Source: Balanoglossus misakiensis
Lineage: Eukaryota; Animalia; Hemichordata
NCBI GenBank assembly: GCA_040954595.2
Contig: CM082597.2
Coordinates: 1,594,886 to 1,658,885 of the forward strand
DNA: 64,000 nucleotides
Direction of reading: 5' to 3'
Shown here: positions 24,711 to 37,100 of the stretch, piece after piece
Position numbering within the stretch: the first letter of the stretch is position 1
Layout of the letters: each line of letters opens with the position of its first letter
Program-made: the position numbers and the translations under genes
The notes under the pieces: model-generated
Database searches by the model: none
The model's input: the letters and a program-made list of their open reading frames with translations, nothing else
What the model was told of the DNA's origin: nothing

Positions 24711-26516
24711 TCACAGAATCGTACACTCTTCGTTTCTGCTGTCTGGGGGTAATGTCTTGTTGATAAGCTGTATGTTCATTTTCACGGCTGCTTGTTTTGC
24801 TTGAAGTTCTTCAGGTGGGTCGCCATTGCCTCCAAGCTGTTAATATTTAAAGGGGAATATATGTTATGTACAGCTGACCTTTTGGAAATAGTTGATTAAA
24901 TTTTATTTTGGTGTGTTACATATACAAGTGGGAGGAAGATAGGTAAAAATTACTTCATTGACTCACCCCCTCTAGGAGTTCAATCATGTCAAGTGTTCTT
25001 TCTTGGGGATCAACTGTCTCGTCGTCTTTCTCGAAGGCATTGCATATCTTCTGCAGTGCATCATGTTGACGTTCGTACCTCTCATAGTCAGAGGCTGAGA
25101 CTTTGCCTTTGTTTTCTGAAAACCACTCGGGGTACTTAGTAGAAATAAAGAGTGTCAGTAAAATGATCCATACATTGCAATTATGTAACATCTGAGAAAA
25201 TATCTGATTGATACTTACTGCATCATTCAGAACTTTCAATGGCGGATACAGGAAGTCTTTGGACAGAAGCACAGTAAACATTCCCATGAACCCCATAGAA
25301 AACATGTCCAAGTAGTCATCGTCGACATCACTGTCTGTGTCACTCTCAGCATCGCTATCATACGTTGCACTGATTGTATCAAACATCCCACTGACAAATT
25401 CCCGCCCTGAAGCCTGCAGGATAAAAGAATTTGTATCATATTACAGAAGATACTGGGTAGACTTATCTAACAGAAAGGGTTATCAACTTAGTACTACATG
25501 GTTCTTAATACAGCAACAAATGATATGACATGAACTTATGGGATTTTAATCATACCTCTTGTTCGGCCAGTTCTTTCACTTTCGTCACCCACATTTTTAA
25601 TTTTTTCACAAGATGTTTCGAAAGTCCACCTAAAAAGAACAGATGTAAAGTAAACTATGAACAAAATACAATGGCAGTAAGTAGCACTTGATTTTCAACC
25701 CATAAGCATCCCTAAAAGTAAAGCTTTGAAATGTGTCTATTTACTGATCTCATGAATTGCAATGTATAAGTATTCGTTTTTTGCGATAAAAGCACCAAAA
25801 AGGATCCACCGGTCGATCCATGTATTTCCAAAATGGCGGCACGAGCGCATTCATTGTGTTTGGAGACACTACATACATACATACACACACACAAACATAT
25901 AGTGTACATACATTTTGTACCATTTTTACTTTTCAAACTGCAACCAGCACTAACCTTTTGTTTTGGGAGATCGTTTGGGCTTCTTAAACGTTTTAAACTT
26001 TCCTAGTATATTCAGGATTTTGGCTGCTCTCTCGTCATCCATCGCTGGCTAGAAATAGTAATTATGACGAGTGTCATTAAAACAATAATGCAGGAAGACA
26101 GATTTGAATCAAGGTTGGCCGTGAAGTAACACAAGCTAGTCTTTGACTGCTAATTTTGAGGAATTACTGGGAAGGATACCAAGAGTACAATAATGAAATC
26201 CAATTTACTGCTTTCATTGTCACTGTAATAATTCTAGGAACAATTCCACGGGGAAAATTATATTGAGAACTATTGCATACCTCTTTTGTTTCTGTTGTCT
26301 CTGCCTGTGTATTTTCATTGTCCTGCTGGTCACCTGGTTTAACATCTACCATAGAAAACATTCACATATGTATACTTGATTAAACCTCCCTAACTACTGC
26401 ACTTAAAAGACCACTTCACATCTGCTTAAAGGCTGACGATTGTCTTATACGCAGTTTTGTCCCTTCTTTTCACCCAATTTCCTGATCTCCAACACAGACA
26501 AGATGGCCGCTGCCAT
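24711..26516 (-). CDS. PEX19: Divergent PEX19-like protein (C-terminal PEX19 domain + CaaX), about 254 aa
   Basis: Exons 26516-26474 (less certain), 26345-26281, 26048-25955, 25629-25556, 25413-25219, 25134-24967, 24836-24711. Motifs LLSKDFLYPPLKVLNDAYPEWFSEN...YERYERQH...KICNAFE...GDPPEEL match the PEX19 C-domain (LLSKDVLYPSLKEITEKYPEWL...GHPPKEL). Ends EECTIL*. Confidence 0.75.
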
Positions 26517-28117
26517 CTTGTCGGTTGTTAGGAAATTGTCTCTTCAAGCTATAATAGCCTATCGAGAATGAAGTGATGGCGATTATCAGAAGCAGGTGAA
26601 TATAGTCTGGTTTCCAGTGTTAGAGGGTCTAGTAGGCATTGCTGGATGATATTGCCAGAGATTCTTCATAATATGTGCCACTTGATTCTCAGCAGAATAT
26701 GTTAATAGGCATGCCACCATTTATGCTGCAATGAATGAGCCACCAGAGCGAGAGTTTGGTTTCTTTATGATTTGTTTATTATTTTGTGGAAATGCAAGGA
26801 AGTACATGGAAATTAGTCATATACATAGATTATTGGGAGTGAAAAAACAATTACGTATTTCGAATATGTGAGGTGTAACAAGAAATATGTTCCTTTAAAA
26901 GTTGATGTGAAAACGTCCCATGCACACCAAGCTCTATGTACAGTTATCAGCTGAGCTATTTTTAACGGGCATGGTGATTGTGCATTGCAGTCTTGACCCT
27001 ATCCCAAGCAAGATGGGTCTCTCTTGGAACAACGAATATAGAGAATGCTCTCCTCATTTTGACGTACAGTTGACCTTAGCACTGGCTTTCCTGAAGAGCA
27101 TTTCATCATTGCACTAACAAAATAAAACATGTCGTTCGAAAGAACGTCTACTTGTTGGAGACCTTGAGATTAATACTTGGCTAAAGCAGCGTTGTCATAA
27201 CAGGGTACATTTCAAGTACAGAAATAAGAAAGAAACGTTTATATGCATCTGAACAGGGAATTTTTCAAACATAGAGTTCAACACTAATTATAAATATTTC
27301 CAAAAATATTCATAAACTATAGAAGTATGTCCATTAAAACTTATAATACAAGGTTACACTTACAGCAGAGGTAAAAAAATCCCTATTCAAGCAAAGGCCA
27401 TCCTACGCTATATGAATTTTGCATAGACTGTGTGATTGTTTAATAACCTGTATTGATAGTATATATACCGATTGAAAAGACATCCTTTTTTTATAAAACA
27501 AGACCAAAAAACTTGCTGAAATATATGGTACAAGAGAAAAGAATTCTTTCACAACAGAGAGTTTTATGTTTTCGTTTTTTTTTACGAACCAGAATGACAC
27601 AGAACAAACAAAGGTAACATTGAGAGAGGTTTTCTTCACATTCAATCTTTGTCTCTACCTACCAGAATGGATTCCTGGCAACATTTTATAGTTTGTGGAT
27701 TTCGTGGGCCACTGCCAATGACAGCAAAGACAGCTACGAAGCACAGCTAGTATTTCAATTTTAATGACTTTATTTTGATTGACACTAAAGCTTAATTAAG
27801 CAGATTGACTTCACAGAGTGATGGATCTGTTGAGAAGGAAACCCTATGTGATTGCCATGGTAATCTGCCATTAATTTTCAAGGCAGCACCTTCTGCTTGT
27901 ATTCACATTTTACCAAATCTTATTTTGTTATCAAAAGTACTGCTGAATGCATTCTTTCCAATTGATTTGCAAATGTCATATTTTAGAGTATATACAGTGG
28001 GAGACATACCCCGAAAATGTTCCATCTGAACGTGAAATTTGTCTCCCTTTTTGAGGAAATTATACTTGGGAATTCTAAAGACTTAAATTTAGATGTGGCA
28101 GATTGCGAAAATGAGGG

Positions 28118-31100
28118 TTATGATTCTGCTTGCTCAGCAGGAGCATCACTCTGTTCTGCCGGTTTGTCTTCTTCTGCGGGCGCTGCAGGGGCTTCACCTT
28201 CTGGTTCTGCTGCAGCATCTGTTGTTGCTGCTGCTGTTTCTTCTGCTGGGGCGTCTGTTTGCTCTGTTGGTGCGTCTGCTGGTTTCTCTGTTTCTTCTGT
28301 TTGTGGTTGTGAGTCTTCTGCAGTAGCAGCTGCGGGCTCCTCTGCTGCTGGTTCATCAGATGTTGGTTTCTCCGTCGCTGGTTCCTCTGTCGCTGGTTCC
28401 TCTGCTGCAGGGGCCTCTGCTGCAGGTGCTTCTGCTGCAGGTGCCTCATCAGCTGCAGGTGCCTCAGCCGTCGGTTCTTCATCTGCCGGTTTCTCAGCAG
28501 CTGGTTCCACTTCCCCAGACGCTTCTTCGACCGGTTCAGCCACTGCAGCATCATCCACAGCCGGTTCTTTCTTCACTGGTTCCTCCGTAGCTACCTCCTC
28601 TGCCGCAGGCTCTTCCGTCGCTGGTTCACCCGCCCCCTCTGCACCACTCTTCATCTGTTTCACTTCCTTCCTTGCCTTCAATCCTTTGAATCCCGCCTGG
28701 ATCTTCACAGCTGCCTTTTCGACCTCTGGATCGTTAAGGTCAATGTCAATCTCCTCCTCTTCTTTCTTTTCCTCTACGGCTGCCTCCTCTGTTGCTGGTG
28801 CCTCGGGCTGTTCCTCCTTCTGTTGCTCAACCTCTGCTGGTGCCTCAGGCTGTTCTTCCTTTTGTTGCTCCCCCTCCACTGGTGCCTCAGGCTGTTCCTC
28901 TTTCTGTTGTTCCCCCTCTGCTGGTTTTTCTGCTTCTGCTACCTCTGTTTGTTCTGTGACTGCTTTTTCTTCTGTTGCGTGTGTTTGCTGGAAAGATAGG
29001 CAAATGGGGTGGAGGTTAGGACTCTGAACATCAGAGTAAACCGTACACGGTGACAATGGGCAATTGCGACCCCAGACACAGCATCATCTGCCACATATAC
29101 TGTGTGATATTGATAACATATCACATGGCAATGGCCATATGATTTACTTAACCATTAGCAATTATTTATATTATCAAATAAATAAAATAAATCAAAAATT
29201 TTACAAACACTGAAAGAAAAGTTAAATAATGTACAAAAGTTACTGATAACAAAAACATCAACTATTGAAAGTGTCTGGGTATGGATGAACAAAATAAGAG
29301 ACTCTTACAAACTGAGAATTATTGATAAACAACATGCAATGAGGGATGGGATTCTTGAAAGATTTAATAACATAAAGGTGATATGACTGCTTATAATATT
29401 TCGCATATTACACTGGGTACTGATGAAGCAGAGTTTTGGTCAGGATTTTTGTACCAGTCTCTTTTGACACAGAAAATCCTGACCGAAGAAGGAAGTTTCA
29501 GTTATCCAAAGTAAGTCTATGATAAGGGAACAATGTGTGAAGGGATTTCAAAACATCTTAAATGAAATTCCTGACAATTACCGTGACTATATATAAATCT
29601 ACATGCAGTGATCACTGACCCACACAGTTTACACATATGAACAAAATTGGACGTATGAGACAAAACAAATTAATGTTATAGACTCATTGCCATGACTACT
29701 TATACAGAAAACATGAGTCTGATCTTGAAAAGCCATGAATGGTTCGAGAATCGACATGACACGATACCACATAGCAGATTTCCATGTACTTAGAGTTTGG
29801 CTTACTTAGCTTGATGTCTCCTTTGAATAAGTTAATATTGAAACAAGAAGGGGGCATGATTAGCATACATATGAAATCAACAAACCATGATTTCATGACT
29901 GAAAAGAGACAAGCTGTCACAAAACATTGAAAACTGCAACACACTTTGTGTCTTTAAAATTCAAAATGGTTTCACTGGTGCAGAGAACATTATAGATACA
30001 TGTATTGTGTGATTCTTCAGCTCCATGCATTGCAGTGCGGTGCAGTGCTCTGCGCATACTCTGTGCGTTGGTAAATCTCATCTTCCAATGGCAATCGTTG
30101 TTAAATTGGCATAGAGGACCATACACATTTAACTTCAAGAACTGGGACAAGTTTCTTACTAACTCCTTTCATTTTATTTAATTGTTACTTAACAAATGAT
30201 TGACACAATGCAAAAAAAAAATCTACAATTTTTTTAAAAAGCCAACAGACAGACAGGCACCATGCAGAAATATTAAACCAATATACATCCAGCGCAGGAA
30301 AAAGAGAGAGACTACATGCAGGTTTAACCCTTTCACCACCTCAGAGTATTCCAACCCTGTTGCTTTCTGTGTGTGGTTCGAACCACTGACAGGGAAAGAG
30401 GGGTGAAAGGGTTAAAGGTTACGTAACAGCGGCAGATAAGAGACACAGAGAGATGGGTAAATGTAGACAAACCATGATGGTGAATAACTTGGATGGGAAG
30501 TAAACAAAGCCTCTACTATTTGTCCTGGGAAGAGAGAAAAAAGCCATGGAAATAATGACAGATTGGCATTTGAAAGAAAAGATGGAAATGCCAACAGCTG
30601 AAGATTAGGAACAGAAGCAAGGAGCTATTTGATTTTTAGTTAGCAGCTGACTAGCGACCTAGTATACATGTCAACAATAATAACATCATCAAAAACGTTA
30701 AATTTCCTTTTTTCCCTATATGATACCTTTCAACACTATAAGTTTCGTTATGTTTTTATTTGACCAACATCTTCTTTGGGGAGTCCAACCCCGCCATACA
30801 TGAGAATTCCCTATTTGAATGATATAATGCAAAGCCATTGGTTTCAGCCAATGAGAATGTAACTTTCAGTGATTTGCATGAAAAACACAAGTACACCTGG
30901 TAACGACACTCTTCTCAGCCAATCACAGTCCCTACCTCTTTCATTTCTTTGACTTCTTTCCTTGCTTTAAGACCCTTAAAACCTGCTTGAATTTTCACTG
31001 CGGCTTTCTCCACCTCTGGGTCATCAAGGTCAATGTCAATCTCTTCTTCCTGTTCAGCAGCCTTAGTCTCGCCCTGTCAATCAAAATAAAGTTCAAAGGT

Positions 31101-34100
31101 CATGCAAAGGCGTGCGTGTTAATGCAAGAGAATTGTGTCATATGCTTTAGTGGGTGTCTGTGACTGAGTCTGTACGTGTTGGTGAGTGGTGATACAAGTT
31201 TTGAAGAATCATGCAAGAAACATCTATATATACAAGTATCATATACATTTATAAACTACACAATAGTGACACATACCAGTACCAAGTACATGCACTGTTC
31301 AAAGGCAAAAAATATCTAGCCCACCACCCATGCCCAGTCCCATACCATCCCAGAAAGTGCAGTTGACTTGAACTTGCCCCATCCTTTACATTACACCGAT
31401 TACAAGCGAGACAATACTACTTACAACACCACGTGAATAATCCATAAGAAGTGTGGTTTATCACAACTAAGACCCACATTCTAATTAGGCACTTGTAACC
31501 ACATTATGTTCATGGGTACATATCTTATGTAGGAATAATAATGATGGTTGAGACAACCAATCAAACATAATGACATCATGACTGTCAGTACGGCATTTCA
31601 GTATTAGGTTTTTAAGATATTGGCTCCCCGACAGATCTCTTGGAAATTATTATTACTCATAGTAGCTGATGGAATATTTAGAAAATTATACACATTGTAT
31701 GCTATTGCTCCTATTTTCACACCTTACTACTTTAAGTTTTACTTCTGATCAGTGTTTCAACAAGATTGTCCTCAACTACATCAACAGCTAGTAAACAAAC
31801 AGCTGAATAGATATTTGTATTTTTCTAAACGCCCTCTTGTTTCAGATTAGGAGGTAACATGATTGACTGCTTACTACATGGAATTTGTTATGGTTAGTGT
31901 TCTGTGTAACACACCAATGCAATTACCTATGAAATTAGTTGAACTGCAGATTTATATGTTCTCATGCGTTTTTGTGCAGGCTATGATTCTTGAGAGATGT
32001 TATTCACAAACCAATGAATGGATGATATGTGTCTTTGACTTATGAAATGAAGCAAAAAGCATAACTTTGTTAGTTACTTTATCCTAAAACTGAAAAGCAG
32101 TGACAGAAAAAATGCCATGTGAACAATCTACATCATTGATTTTCGCAGATTTCGCTTTAGTAAGCTTTCAATTTTTAACATCAATTTAAGTTTTTGGAGT
32201 TCCTAGTTTGTTGTCTTTTTTATTTACATGGTGATTTCAATGTAAATGGGGGAAACACAGGACATGAGGAAAAACAAGAATTTTGTTTGATTATTGTAAG
32301 AATGACATGCCATGAATGAATGTGTCAGGTTTAGTGTAAATCCGTGGAATTCCAGTCTTACAACCACGGAAAGGAGCATCGGGAGATGTTCCGGAAAGGG
32401 AACATCACATGGAACGAATATTACGGATAATGAAGATCATCAAAGTAGTGCCACTATGAAAACTTAATGTGGTTTCAATATGAGATAAAATATGTGGATT
32501 AACTTTGGGAGAATGGGTCAGATTAAGGAAACGATGCATGGGGGATTGCATTAGGCAGTTACAATTCATTATATATGTAAATTACATGCAGATTACATGC
32601 AGAGGTGATTTGCATATATGCGTGCATTGGGAGAGCTACCGATTCGGTTTTACGACTACATATACTTTTGGGGTTTCTCTTTGGAGTGGAGTGGTTCAGA
32701 GGGTAGCTTTGCTGTTGTAGATATTACGAGAAGAGACGTACGTGCAAACTACTTTCTACGACTGTGATTACCATTAGCCTGTTTAGATTAGTACGCCCCT
32801 ACCTCCGGGTTATCGGTCTCGTCCTTCAATTCTTTAACCTGTTTTCGGGCTTTCATCCCTTTAAAACCTGCTTGAATTTTGACAGCTGCTTTTTCAACGT
32901 CAGGATCCTCAAGGTCAATGTCAATCTCCTCCTCCTCCTCGGTTGGAGTCACGTCATCCGTCACATTCCCCCCTTTTAGTTCCCCGACCTCTTTTCGGGC
33001 CTTGAACCCCTTGAAACCAGCTTGAATCTTAACAGCTGCTTTCTCCACCTCAGGATCATTCAAATCAATATCAATTTCCTCATCATCAACCCCCTCTTTT
33101 TGCCCCTCCCCGTCTCTCATTTCTGTCACCTGTTTCCTGGCTTTGAACCCTTTAAAGCCAGCCTGAATTTTGACTGCCGCTTTCTCAACATCAGGATCAT
33201 TCAAATCAATGTCAATTTCTTCTTCAGCATCAGCTGCTTCTTCTTTGTCCAACATTTTCCCCTCACCCTCTTTCAATTCACTGACCTCTTTTCTCGCTTT
33301 GAACCCTTTAAACCCAGCCTGAATTTTGACCGCCGCTTTCTCAACCTCTGGATCGTTCAAGTCAATGTCAATATCCTCCTCGGACACCTCTTTTTCCCCC
33401 TCCCCCTCTTTCATATCCGCCACTTGCTTCCTGGCTTTAAAACCTTTGAAGCCAGCCTGAATTTTGACCGTTGCCTTCTCAACTTCCGGATCATTCAAAT
33501 CAATGTCAACTTCCTCTTCTGTGTCAGCTGATTTTTCTCTGCTCAATGTTTCCCCCTCCCCTTTCAATTCACTGACCTCTTTTCTAGCTTTGAACCCTTT
33601 GAACCCAGCCTGAATTTTGACCGCAGCTTTTTCAACCTCTGGATCATTTAAGTCAATGTCTACCTCTTCAGCCGGTGTCTCCTCAGCAGGTTTCTGTTCT
33701 TCCTCTGCCTTGCTTTCTCCTTCTTTCATTTCCTTGACATGCTTCCTTGCTTTCAGCCCCTTGAATCCAGCCTGGATCTTCACGGCTGCCTTCTCCACTT
33801 CCGGATCTTCCAGATCTATGTCAATTTCCTCTTCCTCTTGTTTCTGTTCTTCCACCTATGGATAATAAAAAGAAAGACTCTCAGTGTTAAGAAAGTAACT
33901 GATCAGCAGCCGGATATATACATGTACCACAACGCATGTAACTTACAAGTGGCACAATTTTTAAATTATCCGTTCTACTATTTTCTACACAAATCACGTA
34001 TTTAATGTTTTAATACCTTGGTTTCTGTTGCTGTTTCCTCCTCAGCCTTTTCCTCAGTTTCCTTCACAAACACAAACATGGACACAAAATAAACATCCAC

Positions 34101-37100
34101 TGACAAGACAAACATGAAAATGACGTACAAGACAAACATATATAAATTGCATGTGTACAACACAAGGTGGTGACTGACCTCTGTCTCTGCTGGAGTTTCC
34201 TCAGTGACAGCCTCTTGTGTTTCCTTGACAAACAAGACAAACACAGATAAACAAACAAACAAACAAACAAAAACAAGACAGACATTGACACAGACATACA
34301 CAATCACAGACTGAATGTCAAATTGCTGTTGGCTGACAATCACATCAAAAGTCAAACCTGACATTGATGTGATGGTCACTTTGGATACCAATACTGGTTA
34401 ATTTCATTCTTTGTCAACAACAACAACAACAACAACATACACACCTGAGTCTCTGCTGTAGTCTGTTCCTCTACTTTCTCCTCTACGTCCTTTTGCACAC
34501 AAAGCAAAACAGCACAAATAAGACAAAACAAAGGGCATGCAAACAAGATACATGGTTCACATGGACAAGCAACATAACATAAATGTATACAGCACATGAC
34601 AGCTGACATACTACACAAAAAAGGCCTTTGGTAAAATGGTGTCTCAAAGTGTGACAAAACACCGTAAATAAACAAAAAAGCAACAATATGCCTACCTTTG
34701 ATTCTGTTGCCTGCTCTGCTTCAGCGACTGGTTCACTGGCCTTCACAAAACACAAACACAAACATCAACATAAACAACAATATGGACAAATAAAAACAAC
34801 TAAGCACTACACTATACATGTATGTGGTGATTACAAACTGGTGATCCATTTCATATTAGCAAACGAGTTTTGATCTGTACTATATCACTATGGCATCGCG
34901 GTCTCAGATCGTCAAAAGCTGATCAGCTAAAGTACAATAACGAGAGATGTTGTGTGACATACTGTATTACACTGTAATACCTGCATGACAGATTACCAGA
35001 GTGCATAACAGGATATCCCATCTTGTCGTTTAGAAATCTAGTGCATAATTATGTGATGCCGATTGCATGGCAAGAGCTGAAGGTTTATGTTGTGCCAATG
35101 GTTTTGATGAGCAGTGCTCTAACCATCATACAATACTGACTGAAATATCTGCTTGAATTTCACGGTTGATGTCCTTTAAAATGAACATCTGCAATTTCCG
35201 TGACTACCAAAGCAAGAAGAGTTGAGTGATGAAAGATCACAATCAACGAAAGCACCAGGGTGTAGCTAATCTGCCGTCATGAAAAGGGATCAAACCTTTC
35301 ACAGGCAAGGTGAATGAGATAGAGAAGATTACAACCAGACCATCTGTTTGTGGAGAAGATCTGACATGTGCAGAGGCAGAGATACAGTTGGTGCCCTAAT
35401 TGATCTTTCCCCAAGGAATATCAGACAGAACTTTTTTGCGCTTGGCAGTAGAGCAGTTACATCACATATGCCCTGAAAGGTGCACAGATCTTTGCGGAAC
35501 CGAACGACAAACCTCCTCAGTTTCTGTCTCCTCTTTCATAACCTGTTCCCCTTCCTTCACAACCTCCTCTGCGAGCTCCCTCACTGCCTTCTCCTCAACC
35601 TCCTCCTCATCCTTCTCCTCTTTTTTATCCTTTACAGTTTCAGCTTGGTCCTCAACTTTGACCTTCATCGGTTAGTGGGTCACATGACAGAGACACATTA
35701 GATGAGGATGAAAGATGAAACAAGATGAAAGTGAGAATGGTGTTAGAAGACATGATGAACACAAATGACATGAAATGTTATGTCTCACGCCGGGATAATT
35801 ACATACATGTATATGTGTAGTTGTATCTACTGCTCAATTTTGCTCAATTGTCAATATGTTTTGTGGCATATTTTGATCAATATTTTCGTAATGACAGCTA
35901 GCTAGGTATGCAAAATTACATTTCACAAAGAATCAAATAATATAGCAACGGACAGTTTCTGATAATAATGTTTTGCTTTAGTCATGATTTGGAATGAAAA
36001 GGCTGAGAAATGGATTTTCATTTTGTGGGCTGGCTGAATGGTTGATCAATGATCTGATGGGCATGCATCTCACTATTATGTTGTTACAAGAGGTCAGTTA
36101 AAACACACCTCCTCAACCTTAACCTCCTCTTGTTCAATGGTTTGTTCCATCTCAGTCTCTTCTTCTTCTGGGGCCTGCTCCCCCTCATCGCCATTGACAA
36201 CCACACTGTCATTAGTCGTTTCCTTTGTTAGTTAAGTATGAAGTGAAATGTATACGTAACGATAATAATGAAAAAATGGATGAAATGATGGCCACATACG
36301 GTGAAATGGAAAACAATGAGCATGAAACTACAATGCAATGCTTCTAACATGCTACTAATACTGGACCTTTTACAGTATATTGCATTGGCATAAAACTGTA
36401 TCATGTTCCAAAATGCAATGCTGTATGTATATTATTAGGCTAACTGAACCACAAATACCTGCATAAGTCTATCATTAGCAAAATATCACATAGTCGTGAT
36501 ATTGGATTTTGGCAGAGTCGAGTAACAGCAATGATTTTCAATGACAACCATGACAAAACACGCACAAAGCCTCATTGAACCACTGACAATTTGCAACTGA
36601 AACAATTCTCAGAAAAGCTCTATCTCCTGATTAGATTTTCTTGTCGAGATAAAAGGATGAATGTTCTGCACGTAAAATTAGACACAAAGTTGCATCATCA
36701 ATCATGCTGAGGCTAAAGTAGGATGATTTCTTCTAATGCAAGTTCGATCGATCAGTTGTGACCTGGCACTTGCTTCTCGCGGATCACTGAAACTTTTATC
36801 AATCATTGCAGTCATGATGCTATCTCCTTTTATATTTTTCTCCTTCTTTGCGGGCAGCTGCGTGAAGCACAGCAGGCTGCCACGTTTTTTCTACATCAGC
36901 TGATTCCCAGCACGACCAGTGATGTCATGTCACGTTTAATGAGACGATTTCCCGTGGGGATTCAAACAAATGAGGCAGAGTCTTCAATGATGGGTTTTTT
37001 CTTGATAACGTCACAAACTTCTCCTTATACTAACATGAAAGTACACAGCACTTGTTCTGTTACTATAATAAGAGTAGCTTGATGTCACGCCACTTCTTTC

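Noticed and set aside
28017-29027. 336-aa Ser/Ala/Gly-rich ORF on the + strand, and similar + ORFs at 33022-33531 and 33617-33865
   Set aside because: Antisense shadows of the low-complexity SPA17 exons; no independent domains or splice signals.
32788-32802. Alternative C-terminus by read-through of the donor after the 7-IQ exon (VGAY*)
   Set aside because: Possible, but no clear nearby polyA signal, and the downstream exons are in phase; the sequence gives no positive evidence.
35513-36222. U12-type (minor) introns suggested by branch points adjacent to the acceptor
   Set aside because: The upstream donors are GTAAGT/GTGTGT rather than GTATCCTT, and the branch sequence is ACTAAC rather than TCCTTAAC.
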